Origin: Eledone cirrhosa
Lineage: Eukaryota
Length of the DNA stretch: 64,000 nt
Assembly: GCA_964016885.1 (NCBI GenBank)
Contig: OZ024746.1
Span: 52,700,001-52,764,000, forward strand
Direction: 5' to 3'
This document shows positions 1-14,100 of the stretch, piece after piece. Under the pieces are notes generated by a model. That model had not been told where the DNA came from. It was given only the letters and a program-made list of their open reading frames with translations, and made no database searches. The position numbers and the translations under genes were made by a program. The first letter of the stretch is position 1. The number at the start of each line of letters is the position of its first letter.

Positions 1-3000
1 TTGTTGTTATTGTAGTTAGTGGTTGCTGAGATGGTAGTGTTGTTGTTGTTGTTATTGTAGTTAGTGGTTTTTGTGATGGTAGTGTTGTTGTTGTTGTTAT
101 TGTAGTTAGTGGTTGCTGTGATGGTAGTGTTGTTGTTGTTATTGTAGTTAGTGGTTGCTGAGATGGTAGTGTTGTTGTTGTTGTTATTGTAGTTAGTGGT
201 TGCAGAGATGGTAGTGTTGTTGTCGTTATTGTAGTTAGTGGTTGCTGAGATGGTAGTGTTGTTGTTGTTGTTATTGTAGTTAGTGGTTTCTGTGATGGTA
301 GTGTTGTTGTTGTTGTTATTGTAGTTAGTGGTTGCTGAGATAATAGTGTTGTTGTTGTTGTTATTGTTGTTAGTGGTTGCTGAGATGGTAGTGTTGTTGT
401 TGTTGTTATTGTAGTTAGTGGTTGCTGAGATGGTAGTGTTGTTGTTGTTGTTATTGTAGTTAGTGGTTTTTGTGATGGTAGTGTTGTTGTTGTTGTTATT
501 GTAGTTAGTGGTTGCTGAGATGGTAGTGTTGTTGTTGTTGTTATTGTAGTTAGTGGTTTTTGTGATGGTAGTGTTGTTGTTGTTGTTATTGTAGTTAGTG
601 GTTGCTGTGATGGTAGTGTTGTTGTTGTTATTGTAGTTAGTGGTTGCTGAGATGGTAGTGTTGTTGTTGTTGTTATTGTAGTTAGTGTTTTTTGTGATGG
701 TAGTGTTGTTGTTGTTGTTATTGTAGTTAGTGGTTGCTGTGATGGTAGTGTTGTTGTTGTTATTGTAGTTAGTCGTTGCTGAGATGGTAGTGTTGTTGTT
801 GTTGTTATTGTAGTTAGAGGTTGCTGTGATGGTAGTGTTGTTGTTGTTGTTATTGTAGTCAGTGGTTGCTGAGATAATAGTGTTGTTGTTGTTGTTATTG
901 TAGTTACTGGTTACTGAGATGGTAGTGTTGTTGTTGGTATTGTAGTTAGTGGTTGCTGAGATGGTAGTGTTGTTGTTGTTGTTATTGTAGTTAGTGGTTT
1001 CTGTGATGGTAGTGTTGTTGTTGTTGTTGTTATTGTAGTTAGTGGTTGCTGAGATAATAGTGTTGTTGTTGTTGTTATTGTAGTTAGTGGTTGCTGAGAT
1101 GGTAGTGTTGTTGTTGTTGTTATCGTAGTTAGTGGTTTCTGTGATGGTAGTGTTGTTGTTGTTGTTGTTATTGTAGTTAGTGGTTGCTGAGATAATAGTG
1201 TTGTTGTTCTTGTTATTGTAGTTAGTGGTTGCTGAGATGGTAGTGTTGTTGTTGTTGTTATTGTAGTTAGTGGTTGCTGAGATGGTAGTGTTGTTGTTGT
1301 TGTTATTGTAGTTAGTGGTTTCTGTGATGGTAGTGTTGTTGTTGTTGTTATTGTAGTTAGTGGTTGCTGTGATGGTAGTGTTGTTGTTGTTATTGTAGTT
1401 AGTGGTTGCTGAGATGGTAGTCTTGTTGTTGTTGTTATTGTAGTTAGTGGTTGCTGAGATGGTAGTGTTGTTGTTGCTGTTATTGTAGTTAGTGGTTTCT
1501 GTGATGGTAGTGTTGTTGTTGTTGTTATTGTAGTTAGTGGTTGCTGTGATGGTAGTGTTGTTGTTGTTATTCTAGTTAGTGGTTGCTGTGATGGTAGTGT
1601 TGTTGTTATTGTAGTTAGTGGTTTCTGTGATGGTAGTGTTGTTGTTGTTATTGTAGTTAGTGGTTGCTGAGATGGTAGTGTTGTTGTTGTTATTGTAGCT
1701 AGTGGTTGCTGTGTTGTTAGTGTTGTTGTTGTTATTGTAGTTAGTGGTTGCTATGCTGGTAGTGTTGTTGTTGTTATTGTAGCTAGTGGTTGCTGTGATG
1801 GTAGTGTTTTTGTTGTTATTGTAGTTAGTGGTTGCTATGATGGTACTGTTGTTGTTGTTATTGTAGTTAGTGGTTGCTATGATGGTAGTGTTGTTGTTGT
1901 TATTGTAGCTAGTGGTTGCTGAGATGGTAGTGTTGTTGTTGTTGTTATTGTTGTTAGTGGTTGCTGAGATGGTAGTGTTGTTGTTGTTGTTATTGTAGTT
2001 AGTGGTTTTTGTGATGGTAGTGTTGTTGTTGTTATTATTGTAGTTAGTGGTTTCTGTGATGGTAGTGTTGTTGTTGTTATTGTAGTTAGTGGTTGCTGAG
2101 ATGGTAGTGTTGTTGTTGTTGTTATTGTAGTTAGAGGTTGCTGTGATGGTAGTGTTGTTGTTGTTGTTATTGTAGTTAGTTGTTTCTGTGATGGTAGTGT
2201 TGTTGTTGTTGTTATTGTAGTTAGTGGTTTCTGTGATGGTAGTGTTGTTGTGGTTATTCTAGTTAGTGGTTGCTGTGATGGTAGTGTTGTTGTTATTATT
2301 GTAGTTAGAGCTTGCTGAAATGGTAGTGTTGTTGTTGTTGTTGTCATTGTAGTTAGTGGTTTTTGTGATGGTAGTGTTGTTGTTGTTGTTATTGTAGTTA
2401 GTGGTTGCTGTGATGGTAGTGTTGTTGTTGTTATTGTAGTTAGTGGTTGCTGAGATGGTAGTGTTGTTGTTGTTGTTATTGTAGTTAGTGGTTGCTGTGA
2501 TGGTAGTGTTGTTGTTGTTGTTATTGTAGTTAGTTTTTTTCTGTGATGGTAGTGTTGTTGTTGTTGTTATTGTAGTTAGTGGTTGCTGAGATAATAGTGT
2601 TGTTGTTGTTATTATTGTAGTTAGTGGTTGCTGAGATGATAGTGTTGTTGTTGTTGTTATTGTAGTTACTGGTTGCTGAGATGGTAGTGTTGTTGTTGTT
2701 GTTATTGTAGTTAGTGGTTTTTGTGATGGTAGTGTTGTTGTTGTTGTTATTGTAGTTAGTGGTTGCTGTGATGGTAGTGTTGTTGTTGTTATTGTAGTTA
2801 GTGGTTGCTGAGATGGTAGTGTTGTTGTTGTTGTTATTGTAGTTAGTGGTTGCAGAGATGGTAGTGTTGTTGTTGTTGTTATTCTAGTTAGTGGTTGCTG
2901 TGATGGTAGTGTTGTTGTTGTTGTTATTGTAGTTAGTGGTTTTTGTGATGGTAGTGTTGTTGTTGTTGTTATTCTAGTTAGTGCTTGCTGTGATGGTAGT

Positions 3001-3999
3001 GTTGTTGTTGTTGTTATTGTAGTTAGTGGTTTCTGTGATGGTAGTGTTGTTGTTGTTATTGTAGTTAGTGGTTGCTGAGATGGTAGTGTTGTTGTTGTTG
3101 TTATTGTAGTTAGAGGTTGCTGTGATGGTAGTGTTGTTGTTGTTGTTATTGTAGTTAGTCGTTTCTGTGATGGTAGTGTTGTTGTTGTTATTCTAGTTAG
3201 TGGTTGCTGCGATGGTAGTGTTGTTGTTATTATTGTAGTTAGAGCTTGCTGAAATGGTAGTGTTGTTGTTGTTGTTATTGTAGTTAGTGGTTTTTGTGAT
3301 GGTAGTGTTGTTGTTGTTGTTATTGTAGTTAGTGGTTGCTGTGATGGTAGTGTTGTTGTTGTTATTGTAGTTAGTGGTTGCTGAGATGGTAGTGTTGTTG
3401 TTGTTGTTATTGTAGTTAGTGGTTGCTGTGATGGTAGTGTTGTTGTTGTTGTTATTGTAGTTAGTTTTTTTCTGTGATGGTAGTGTTGTTGTTGTTGTTA
3501 TTGTAGTTAGTGGTTGCTGAGATAATAGTGTTGTTGTTGTTGTTATTGTAGTTAGTGGTTGCTGAGATGATAGTGTTGTTGTTGTTGTTATTGTAGTTAG
3601 TGGTTGCTGAGATGGTAGTGTTGTTGTTGTTGTTATTGTAGTTAGTGGTTTTTGTGATGGTAGTGTTGTTGTTGTTGTTATTGTAGTTAGTGGTTGCTGT
3701 GATGGTAGTGTTGTTGTTGTTATTGTAGTTAGTGGTTGCTGAGATGGTAGTGTTGTTGTTGTTGTTATTGTAGTTAGTGGTTGCAGAGATGGTAGTGTTG
3801 TTGTTGTTGTTATTCTAGTTAGTGCTTGCTGTGATGGTAGTGTTATTGTTGTTGTTATTGTAGTTAGTGGTTTCTGTGATGGTAGTGTTGTTGTTGTTAT
3901 TGAAGTTAGTGGTTGCTGAGATGGTAGTGTTGTTGTTGTTGTTGTTATTGTAGTTAGTGGTTGCTGAGATGGTAGTGTTGTCGTTGTTGTTATTGTAGT

Positions 4000-6900
4000 T
4001 AGTGGTTGCTGTGATGGTAGTGTTGTTGTTGTTGTTATTGTAGTTAGAGATTGCTGAGATGGTAGTGTTGTCGTTGTTGTTATTGTAGTTAGTGGTTGCT
4101 GAGATGGTAGTGTTGTTGTTGTTGTTATTGTAGTTAGAGGTTGCTGAGATGGTAGTGTTGTTGTTGTTATTCTAGTTAGTGGTTGCTGTGATGGTAGTGT
4201 TGTTGTTATTATTGTAGTTAGAGGTTGCTGAGATGGTAGTGTTGTTGTTGTTATTCTAGTTAGTGGTTGCTGTGATGGTAGTGTTGTTGTTGTTGTTATT
4301 GTAGTTAGTGTTTTCTGAGATGGTAGTGTTGTTGTTGTTGTTACTATAGTTAGTGGTTTCTGTGATGGTAGTGTTGTTGTTGTTATTGTAGTTAGAGCTT
4401 GCTGAGATGGTAGTGTTGTTGTTATTATTGTAGTTAGTGGTTTCTGTGATGGTAGTGTTGTTGTTGTTGTTATTGTAGTTAGAGGTTGCTGTGATGGTAG
4501 TGTTGTTGTTGTTGTTATTGTAGTTAGTGGTTTCTGTGATGGTAGTGTTGTTGTTGTTGTTATTGTAGTTAGTGGTTTCTGTGATGGTAGTGTTGTTGTT
4601 GTTATTCTAGTTAGTGGTTGCTGTGATGGTAGTGTTGTTGTTATTATTGTAGTTAGAGCTTGCTGAAATGGTAGTGTTGTTGTTGTTGTTATTGTAGTTA
4701 GTGGTTTTTGTGATGGTAGTGTTGTTGTTGTTGTTATTGTAGTTAGTGGTTGCTGTGATGGTAGTGTTGTTGTTGTTATTGTAGTTAGTGGTTGCTGAGA
4801 TGGTAGTGTTGTTGTTGTTGTTATTGTAGTTAGTGGTTGCTGTGATGGTAGTGTTGTTGTTGTTGTTATTGTAGTTAGTTTTTTTCTGTGATGGTAGTGT
4901 TGTTGTTGTTGTTATCGTAGTTAGTGGTTGCTGAGATAATAGTGTTGTTGTTGTTGTTATTGTAGTTAGTGGTTGCTGAGATGATAGTGTTGTTGTTGTT
5001 GTTATTGTAGTTAGTGGTTGCTGAGATGGTAGTTTTGTTGTTGTTGTTATTGTAGTTAGTGGTTTTTGTGATGGTAGTGTTGTTGTTGTTGTTATTGTAG
5101 TTAGTGGTTGCTGTGATGGTAGTGTTGTTGTTGTTATTGTAGTTAGTGGTTGCTGAGATGGTAGTGTTGTTGTTGTTGTTATTGTAGTTAGTGGTTGCAG
5201 AGATGGTAGTGTTGTTGTTGTTATTCTAGTTAGTGGTTGCTGTGATGGTAGTGTTGTTGTTGTTGTTATTGTAGTTAGTGGTTTTTGTGATGGTAGTGTT
5301 GTTGTTGTTGTTATTCTAGTTAGTGCTTGCTGTGATGGTAGTGTTGTTGTTGTTGTTATTGTAGTTAGTGATTTCTGTGATGGTAGTGTTGTTGTTGTTA
5401 TTGTAGTTAGTGGTTGCTGAGATGGTAGTGTTGTTGTTGTTGTTATTGTAGTTAGAGGTTGCTGTGATGGTAGTGTTGTTGTTGTTGTTATTGTAGTTAG
5501 TCGTTTCTGTGATGGTAGTGTTGTTGTTGTTGTTATTGTAGTTAGTGGTTTCTGTGATGGTAGTGTTGTTGTTGTTATTCTAGTTAGTGGTTGCTGTGAT
5601 GGTAGTGTTGTTGTTATTATTGTAGTTAGAGCTTGCTGAAATGGTAGTGTTGTTGTTGTTGTTATTGTAGTTAGTGGTTTTTGTGATGGTAGTGTTGTTG
5701 TTGTTGTTATTGTAGTTAGTGGTTGCTGTGATGGTAGTGTTGTTGTTGTTGTTATTGTAGTTAGTTTTTTTCTGTGATGGTAGTGTTGTTGTTGTTGTTA
5801 TTGTAGTTAGTGGTTGCTGAGATAATAGTGTTGTTGTTGTTATTGTAGTTAGTGGTTGCTGAGATGATAGTGTTGTTGTTGTTGTTATTGTAGTTAGTGG
5901 TTGCAGAGATGGTAGTGTTGTTGTTGTTGTTATTGTAGTTAGTGGTTTTTGTGATGGTAGTGTTGTTGTTGTTGTTATTGTAGTTAGTGGTTGCTGTGAT
6001 GGTAGTGTTGTTGTTGTTATTGTAGTTAGTGGTTGCTGAGATGGTAGTGTTGTTGTTGTTGTTATTGTAGTTAGTGGTTGCAGAGATGGTAGTGTTGTTG
6101 TTGTTGTTATTCTAGTTAGTGGTTGCTGTGATGGTAGTGTTGTTGTTGTTGTTATTGTAGTTAGTGGTTTTTGTGATGGTAGTGTTGTTGTTGTTGTTAT
6201 TCTAGTTAGTGCTTGCTGTGATGGTAGTGTTATTGTTGTTGTTATTGTAGTTAGTGGTTTCTGTGATGGTAGTGTTGTTGTTGTTATTGTAGTTAGTGTT
6301 TGCTGAGATGGTAGTGTTGTTGTTGTTGTTGTTATTGTAGTTAGTGGTTGCTGAGATGGTAGTGTTGTCGTTGTTGTTATTGTAGTTAGTGGTTGCTGTG
6401 ATGGTAGTGTTGTTGTTGTTGTTATTGTAGTTAGAGGTTGCTGAGATGGTAGTGTTGTCGTTGTTGTTATTGTAGTTAGTGGTTGCTGAGATGGTAGTGT
6501 TGTTGTTGTTGTTATTGTAGTTAGAGGTTGCTGAGATGGTAGTGTTGTTGTTGTTATTCTAGTTAGTGGTTGCTGTGATGGTAGTGTTGTTGTTATTATT
6601 GTAGTTAGAGGTTGCTGAGATGGTAGTGTTGTTGTTGTTATTCTAGTTAGTGGTTGCTGTGATGGTAGTGTTGTTGTTGTTGTTATTGTAGTTAGTGGTT
6701 TCTGTGATGGTAGTGTTGTTGTTGTTGTTACTATAGTTAGTGGTTTCTGTGATGGTAGTGTTGTTGTTGTTATTCTAGTTAGTGGTTGCTGTGATGGTAG
6801 TGTTGTTGTTATTATTGTAGTTAGAGCTTGCTGAGATGGTAGTGTTGTTGTTGTTATTGTAGTTAGTGGTTGCTGAGATGGTAGTGTTGTTGTTGTTGTT

Positions 6901-9900
6901 ATTGTAGTTAGAGGTTGCTGTGATGGTAGTGTTGTTGTTGTTGTTATTGTAGTTAGTGGTTTCTGTGATGGTAGTGTTGTTGTTGTTGTTATTGTAGTTA
7001 GTGGTTGCTGAGATAATAGTGTTGTTGTTGTTGTTATTGTAGTTAGTGGTTGCTGAGATGGTAGTGTTGTTGTTGTTGTTATTGTAGTTAGTGGTTGCTG
7101 AGATGGTAGTGTTGTTGTTGTTGTTATTGTAGTTAGTGGTTTTTGTGATGGTAGTGTTGTTGTTGTTGTTATTGTAGTTAGTGGTTGCTGTGATGGTAGT
7201 GTTGTTCTTGTTATTGTAGTTAGTGGTTGCTGAGATGGTAGTGTTGTTGTTGTTGGTATTGTAGTTAGTGGTTTTTGTGATGGTAGTGTTGTTGTTGTTG
7301 TTATTGTAGTTAGTGGTTGCTGTGATGGTAGTGTTGTTGTTGTTATTGTAGTTAGTGGTTGCTGAGATGGTAGTGTTGTTGTTGTTGTTATTGTAGTTAG
7401 TGGTTTCTGTGATGGTAGTGTTGTTGTTGTTGTTGTTATTGTAGTTAGTGGTTGCTGAGATAATAGTGTTGTTGTTGTTGTTATTGTAGTTAGTGGTTGC
7501 TGAGATGGTAGTGTTGTTGTTGTTGTTATTGTAGTTAGAGATTGCTGAGATGGTAGTGTTGTCGTTGTTGTTATTGTAGTTAGTGGTTGCTGAGATGGTA
7601 GTGTTGTTGTTGTTGTTATTGTAGTTAGAGGTTGCTGAGATGGTAGTGTTGTTGTTGTTATTCTAGTTAGTGGTTGCTGTGATGGTAGTGTTGTTGTTAT
7701 TATTGTAGTTAGAGGTTGCTGAGATGGTAGTGTTGTTGTTGTTATTCTAGTTAGTGGTTGCTGTGATGGTAGTGTTGTTGTTGTTGTTATTGTAGTTAGT
7801 GTTTTCTGAGATGGTAGTGTTGTTGTTGTTGTTACTATAGTTAGTGGTTTCTGTGATGGTAGTGTTGTTGTTGTTATTGTAGTTAGAGCTTGCTGAGATG
7901 GTAGTGTTGTTGTTATTATTGTAGTTAGTGGTTTCTGTGATGGTAGTGTTGTTGTTGTTGTTATTGTAGTTAGAGGTTGCTGTGATGGTAGTGTTGTTGT
8001 TGTTGTTATTGTAGTTAGTGGTTTCTGTGATGGTAGTGTTGTTGTTGTTGTTATTGTAGTTAGTGGTTTCTGTGATGGTAGTGTTGTTGTTGTTATTCTA
8101 GTTAGTGGTTGCTGTGATGGTAGTGTTGTTGTTATTATTGTAGTTAGAGCTTGCTGAAATGGTAGTGTTGTTGTTGTTGTTATTGTAGTTAGTGGTTTTT
8201 GTGATGGTAGTGTTGTTGTTGTTGTTATTGTAGTTAGTGGTTGCTGTGATGGTAGTGTTGTTGTTGTTATTGTAGTTAGTGGTTGCTGAGATGGTAGTGT
8301 TGTTGTTGTTGTTATTGTAGTTAGTGGTTGCTGTGATGGTAGTGTTGTTGTTGTTGTTATTGTAGTTAGTTTTTTTCTGTGATGGTAGTGTTGTTGTTGT
8401 TGTTATCGTAGTTAGTGGTTGCTGAGATAATAGTGTTGTTGTTGTTGTTATTGTAGTTAGTGGTTGCTGAGATGATAGTGTTGTTGTTGTTGTTATTGTA
8501 GTTAGTGGTTGCTGAGATGGTAGTTTTGTTGTTGTTGTTATTGTAGTTAGTGGTTTTTGTGATGGTAGTGTTGTTGTTGTTGTTATTGTAGTTAGTGGTT
8601 GCTGTGATGGTAGTGTTGTTGTTGTTATTGTAGTTAGTGGTTGCTGAGATGGTAGTGTTGTTGTTGTTGTTATTGTAGTTAGTGGTTGCAGAGATGGTAG
8701 TGTTGTTGTTGTTATTCTAGTTAGTGGTTGCTGTGATGGTAGTGTTGTTGTTGTTGTTATTGTAGTTAGTGGTTTTTGTGATGGTAGTGTTGTTGTTGTT
8801 GTTATTCTAGTTAGTGCTTGCTGTGATGGTAGTGTTGTTGTTGTTGTTATTGTAGTTAGTGATTTCTGTGATGGTAGTGTTGTTGTTGTTATTGTAGTTA
8901 GTGGTTGCTGAGATGGTAGTGTTGTTGTTGTTGTTATTGTAGTTAGAGGTTGCTGTGATGGTAGTGTTGTTGTTGTTGTTATTGTAGTTAGTCGTTTCTG
9001 TGATGGTAGTGTTGTTGTTGTTGTTATTGTAGTTAGTGGTTTCTGTGATGGTAGTGTTGTTGTTGTTATTCTAGTTAGTGGTTGCTGTGATGGTAGTGTT
9101 GTTGTTATTATTGTAGTTAGAGCTTGCTGAAATGGTAGTGTTGTTGTTGTTGTTATTGTAGTTAGTGGTTTTTGTGATGGTAGTGTTGTTGTTGTTGTTA
9201 TTGTAGTTAGTGGTTGCTGTGATGGTAGTGTTGTTGTTGTTGTTATTGTAGTTAGTTTTTTTCTGTGATGGTAGTGTTGTTGTTGTTGTTATTGTAGTTA
9301 GTGGTTGCTGAGATAATAGTGTTGTTGTTGTTATTGTAGTTAGTGGTTGCTGAGATGATAGTGTTGTTGTTGTTGTTATTGTAGTTAGTGGTTGCAGAGA
9401 TGGTAGTGTTGTTGTTGTTGTTATTGTAGTTAGTGGTTTTTGTGATGGTAGTGTTGTTGTTGTTGTTATTGTAGTTAGTGGTTGCTGTGATGGTAGTGTT
9501 GTTGTTGTTATTGTAGTTAGTGGTTGCTGAGATGGTAGTGTTGTTGTTGTTGTTATTGTAGTTAGTGGTTGCAGAGATGGTAGTGTTGTTGTTGTTGTTA
9601 TTCTAGTTAGTGGTTGCTGTGATGGTAGTGTTGTTGTTGTTGTTATTGTAGTTAGTGGTTTTTGTGATGGTAGTGTTGTTGTTGTTGTTATTCTAGTTAG
9701 TGCTTGCTGTGATGGTAGTGTTATTGTTGTTGTTATTGTAGTTAGTGGTTTCTGTGATGGTAGTGTTGTTGTTGTTATTGTAGTTAGTGTTTGCTGAGAT
9801 GGTAGTGTTGTTGTTGTTGTTGTTATTGTAGTTAGTGGTTGCTGAGATGGTAGTGTTGTCGTTGTTGTTATTGTAGTTAGTGGTTGCTGTGATGGTAGTG

Positions 9901-11100
9901 TTGTTGTTGTTGTTATTGTAGTTAGAGGTTGCTGAGATGGTAGTGTTGTCGTTGTTGTTATTGTAGTTAGTGGTTGCTGAGATGGTAGTGTTGTTGTTGT
10001 TGTTATTGTAGTTAGAGGTTGCTGAGATGGTAGTGTTGTTGTTGTTATTCTAGTTAGTGGTTGCTGTGATGGTAGTGTTGTTGTTATTATTGTAGTTAGA
10101 GCTTGCTGAGATGGTAGTGTTGTTGTTGTTATTGTAGTTAGTGGTTGCTGAGATGGTAGTGTTGTTGTTGTTGTTATTGTAGTTAGAGGTTGCTGTGATG
10201 GTAGTGTTGTTGTTGTTATTCTAGTTAGTGGTTGCTGTGATGGTAGTGTTGTTGTTGTTGTTATTGTAGTTAGTGGTTTCTGTGATGGTAGTGTTGTTGT
10301 TGTTGTTACTATAGTTAGTGGTTTCTGTGATGGTAGTGTTGTTGTTGTTATTCTAGTTAGTGGTTGCTGTGATGGTAGTGTTGTTGTTATTATTGTAGTT
10401 AGAGCTTGCTGAGATGGTAGTGTTGTTGTTGTTATTGTAGTTAGTGGTTGCTGAGATGGTAGTGTTGTTGTTGTTGTTATTGTAGTTAGAGGTTGCTGTG
10501 ATGGTAGTGTTGTTGTTGTTGTTATTGTAGTTAGTGGTTTCTGTGATGGTAGTGTTGTTGTTGTTGTTATTGTAGTTAGTGGTTGCTGAGATAATAGTGT
10601 TGTTGTTGTTGTTATTGTAGTTAGTGGTTGCTGAGATGGTAGTGTTGTTGTTGTTGTTATTGTAGTTAGTGGTTGCTGAGATGGTAGTGTTGTTGTTGTT
10701 GTTATTGTAGTTAGTGGTTTTTGTGATGGTAGTGTTGTTGTTGTTGTTATTGTAGTTAGTGGTTGCTGTGATGGTAGTGTTGTTCTTGTTATTGTAGTTA
10801 GTGGTTGCTGAGATGGTAGTGTTGTTGTTGTTGGTATTGTAGTTAGTGGTTTTTGTGATGGTAGTGTTGTTGTTGTTGTTATTGTAGTTAGTGGTTGCTG
10901 TGATGGTAGTGTTGTTGTTGTTATTGTAGTTAGTGGTTGCTGAGATGGTAGTGTTGTTGTTGTTGTTATTGTAGTTAGTGGTTTCTGTGATGGTAGTGTT
11001 GTTGTTGTTGTTGTTATTGTAGTTAGTGGTTGCTGAGATAATAGTGTTGTTGTTGTTGTTATTGTAGTTAGTGGTTGCTGAGATGGTAGTGTTGTTGTTG
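4000..11100. repeat. Tandem higher-order duplication, period about 3.5 kb (2 copies)
   Basis: Rare variants recur at offset 3491: AGAGATTGC 4046/7537, GTTTTCTGAGA 4310/7801, GATTTCTG 5370/8861. Later markers recur at offset 3578 (GTTCTTG, C at 7207/10785; GGTATT 7255/10833), i.e. +87 bp, equal to one 42-mer plus one 45-mer. Confidence 0.9.
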
Positions 11101-14100
11101 TTGTTATCGTAGGTAGTGGTTTCTGTGATGGTAGTGTTGTTGTTGTTGTTATTGTAGTTAGTGGTTGCTGAGATGGTAGTGTTGTTGTTGTTGTTATTGT
11201 AGTTAGTGGTTTCTGTGATGGTAGTGTTGTTGTTGTTGTTATTGTAGTTAGTGGTTGCTGTGATGGTAGTGTTGTTGTTGTTATTGTAGTTAGTGGTTGC
11301 TGAGATGGTAGTCTTGTTGTTGTTGTTATTGTAGTTAGTGGTTGCTGAGATGGTAGTGTTGTTGTTGCTGTTATTGTAGTTAGTGGTTTCTGTGATGGTA
11401 GTGTTGTTGTTGTTTTTCTAGTTAGTGGTTGCTGTGATGGTAGTGTTGTTGTTGTTGTTATTGTAGTTAGTGGTTTCTGTGATGGTAGTGTTGTTGTTGT
11501 TGTTATTGTAGTTAGTGGTAGCTGTGATGGTAGTGTTGTTGTTGTTATTCTAGTTAGTGGTTGCTGTGATGGTAGTGTTGTTGTTGTTGTTATTGTAGTT
11601 AGTGGTATCTGTGATGGTAGTGTTGTTGTTGTTATTGTAGTTAGTGGTTGCTGAGATGGTAGTGTTGTTGTTGTGGTTATTGTAGTTAGTGGTTGCTGAG
11701 ATGGTAGTGTTGTTGTTGTTATTGTAGCTAGTGGTTGCTGTGATGGTAGTGTTGTTGTTGTTATTGTAGTTAGTGGTTGCTATGATGGTAGTGATGTTGT
11801 TGTTATTGTAGCTAGTGGTTGCTGTGTTGTTAGTGTTGTTGTTGTTATTGTAGTTAGTGGTTGCTATGCTGGTAGTGTTGTTGTTGTTATTGTAGCTAGT
11901 GGTTGCTGTGATGGTAGTGTTTTTGTTGTTATTGTAGTTAGTGGTTGCTATGATGGTAGTGTTGTTGTTGTTATTGTAGTTAGTGGTTGCTATGATGGTA
12001 GTGTTGTTGTTGTTATTGTAGCTAGTGGTTGCTGAGATGGTAGTGTTGTTGTTGTTGTTATTGTAGTTAGAGGTTGCTGTGATGGTAGTGTTGTTGTTGT
12101 TGTTATTGTAGTTAGTCGTTTCTGTGATGGTAGTGTTGTTGTTGTTGTTATTGTAGTTAGTGGTTTCTGTGATGGTAGTGTTGTTGTTGTTATTCTAGTT
12201 AGTGGTTGCTGTGATGGTAGTGTTGTTGTTATTATTGTAGTTAGAGCTTGCTGAAATGGTAGTGTTGTTGTTGTTGTTATTGTAGTTAGTGGTTTTTGTG
12301 ATGGTAGTGTTGTTGTTGTTGTTATTGTAGTTAGTGGTTGCTGTGATGGTAGTGTTGTTGTTGTTATTGTAGTTAGTGGTTGCTGAGATGGTAGTGTTGT
12401 TGTTGTTGTTATTGTAGTTAGTGGTTGCTGTGATGGTAGTGTTGTTGTTGTTGTTATTGTAGTTAGTTTTTTTCTGTGATGGTAGTGTTGTTGTTGTTGT
12501 TATTGTAGTTAGTGGTTGCTGGGATAATAGTGTTGTTGTTGTTATTGTAGTTAGTGGTTGCTGAGATGATAGTGTTGTTGTTGTTGTTATTGTAGTTAGT
12601 GGTTGCTGAGATGGTAGTGTTGTTGTTGTTGTTATTGTAGTTAGTGGTTTTTGTGATGGTAGTGTTGTTGTTGTTGTTATTGTAGTTAGTGGTTGCTGTG
12701 ATGGTAGTGTTGTTGTTGTTATTGTAGTTAGTGGTTGCTGAGATGGTAGTGTTGTTGTTGTTGTTATTGTAGTTAGTGGTTGCAGAGATGGTAGTGTTGT
12801 TGTTGTTGTTATTGTAGTTAGTGGTTTTTGTGATGGTAGTGTTGTTGTTGTTGTTATTGTAGTTAGTGGTTGCTGAGATGATAGTGTTGTTGTTGTTGTT
12901 ATTGTAGTTAGTGGTTGCTGTGATGGTAGTGTTGTTGTTGTTGTTATTGTAGTTAGTGGTTTTTGTGATGGTAGTGTTGTTGTTGTTGTTATTCTAGTTA
13001 GTGCTTGCTGTGATGGTAGTGTTATTGTTGTTGTTATTGTAGTTAGTGGTTTCTGTGATGGTAGTGTTGTTGTTGTTATTGTAGTTAGTGGTTGCTGAGA
13101 TGGTAGTGTTGTTGTTGTTGTTGTTATTGAAGTTAGTGGTTGCTGAGATGGTAGTGTTGTCATTGTTGTTATTGTAGTTAGTGGTTGCTGTGATGGTAGT
13201 GTTGTTGTTGTTGTTATTGTAGTTAGAGGTTGCTGAGATGGTAGTGTTGTCGTTGTTGTTATTGTAGTTAGTGGTTGCTGAGATGGTAGTGTTGTTGTTG
13301 TTGTTATTGTAGTTAGAGGTTGCTGAGATGGTAGTGTTGTTGTTGTTATTCTAGTTAGTGGTTGCTGTGATGGTAGTGTTGTTGTTATTATTGTAGTTAG
13401 AGGTTGCTGAGATGGTAGTGTTGTTGTTGTTATTCTAGTTAGTGGTTGCTGTGATGGTAGTGTTGTTGTTGTTGTTATTGTAGTTAGAGGTTGCTGAGAT
13501 GGTAGTGTTGTTGTTGTTATTCTAGTTAGTGGTTGCTGTGATGGTAGTGTTGTTGTTGTTGTTATTGTAGTTAGTGGTTTCTGTGATGGTAGTGTTGTTG
13601 TTGTTGTTACTATAGTTAGTGGTTTCTGTGATGGTAGTGTTGTTGTTGTTATTCTAGTTAGTGGTTGCTGTGATGGTAGTGTTGTTGTTATTATTGTAGT
13701 TAGAGCTTGCTGAGATGGTAGTGTTGTTGTTGTTATTGTAGTTAGTGGTTGCTGAGATGGTAGTGTTGTTGTTGTTGTTATTGTAGTTAGAGGTTGCTGT
13801 GATGGTAGTGTTGTTGTTGTTGTTGTTGTAGTTAGTGGTTTCTGAGATGGTAGTGTTGTTGTTGTTGTTATTGTAGTTAGTGGTTGCTGAGATAATAGTG
13901 TTGTTGTTGTTGTTATTGTAGTTAGTGGTTGCTGAGATGGTAGTGTTGTTGTTGTTGTTATTGTAGTTAGTGGTTGCTGAGATGGTAGTGTTGTTGTTGT
14001 TGTTATTGTAGTTAGTGGTTTTTGTGATGGTAGTGTTGTTGTTGTTGTTATTGTAGTTAGTGGTTGCTGTGATGGTAGTGTTGTTGTTGTTATTGTAGTT

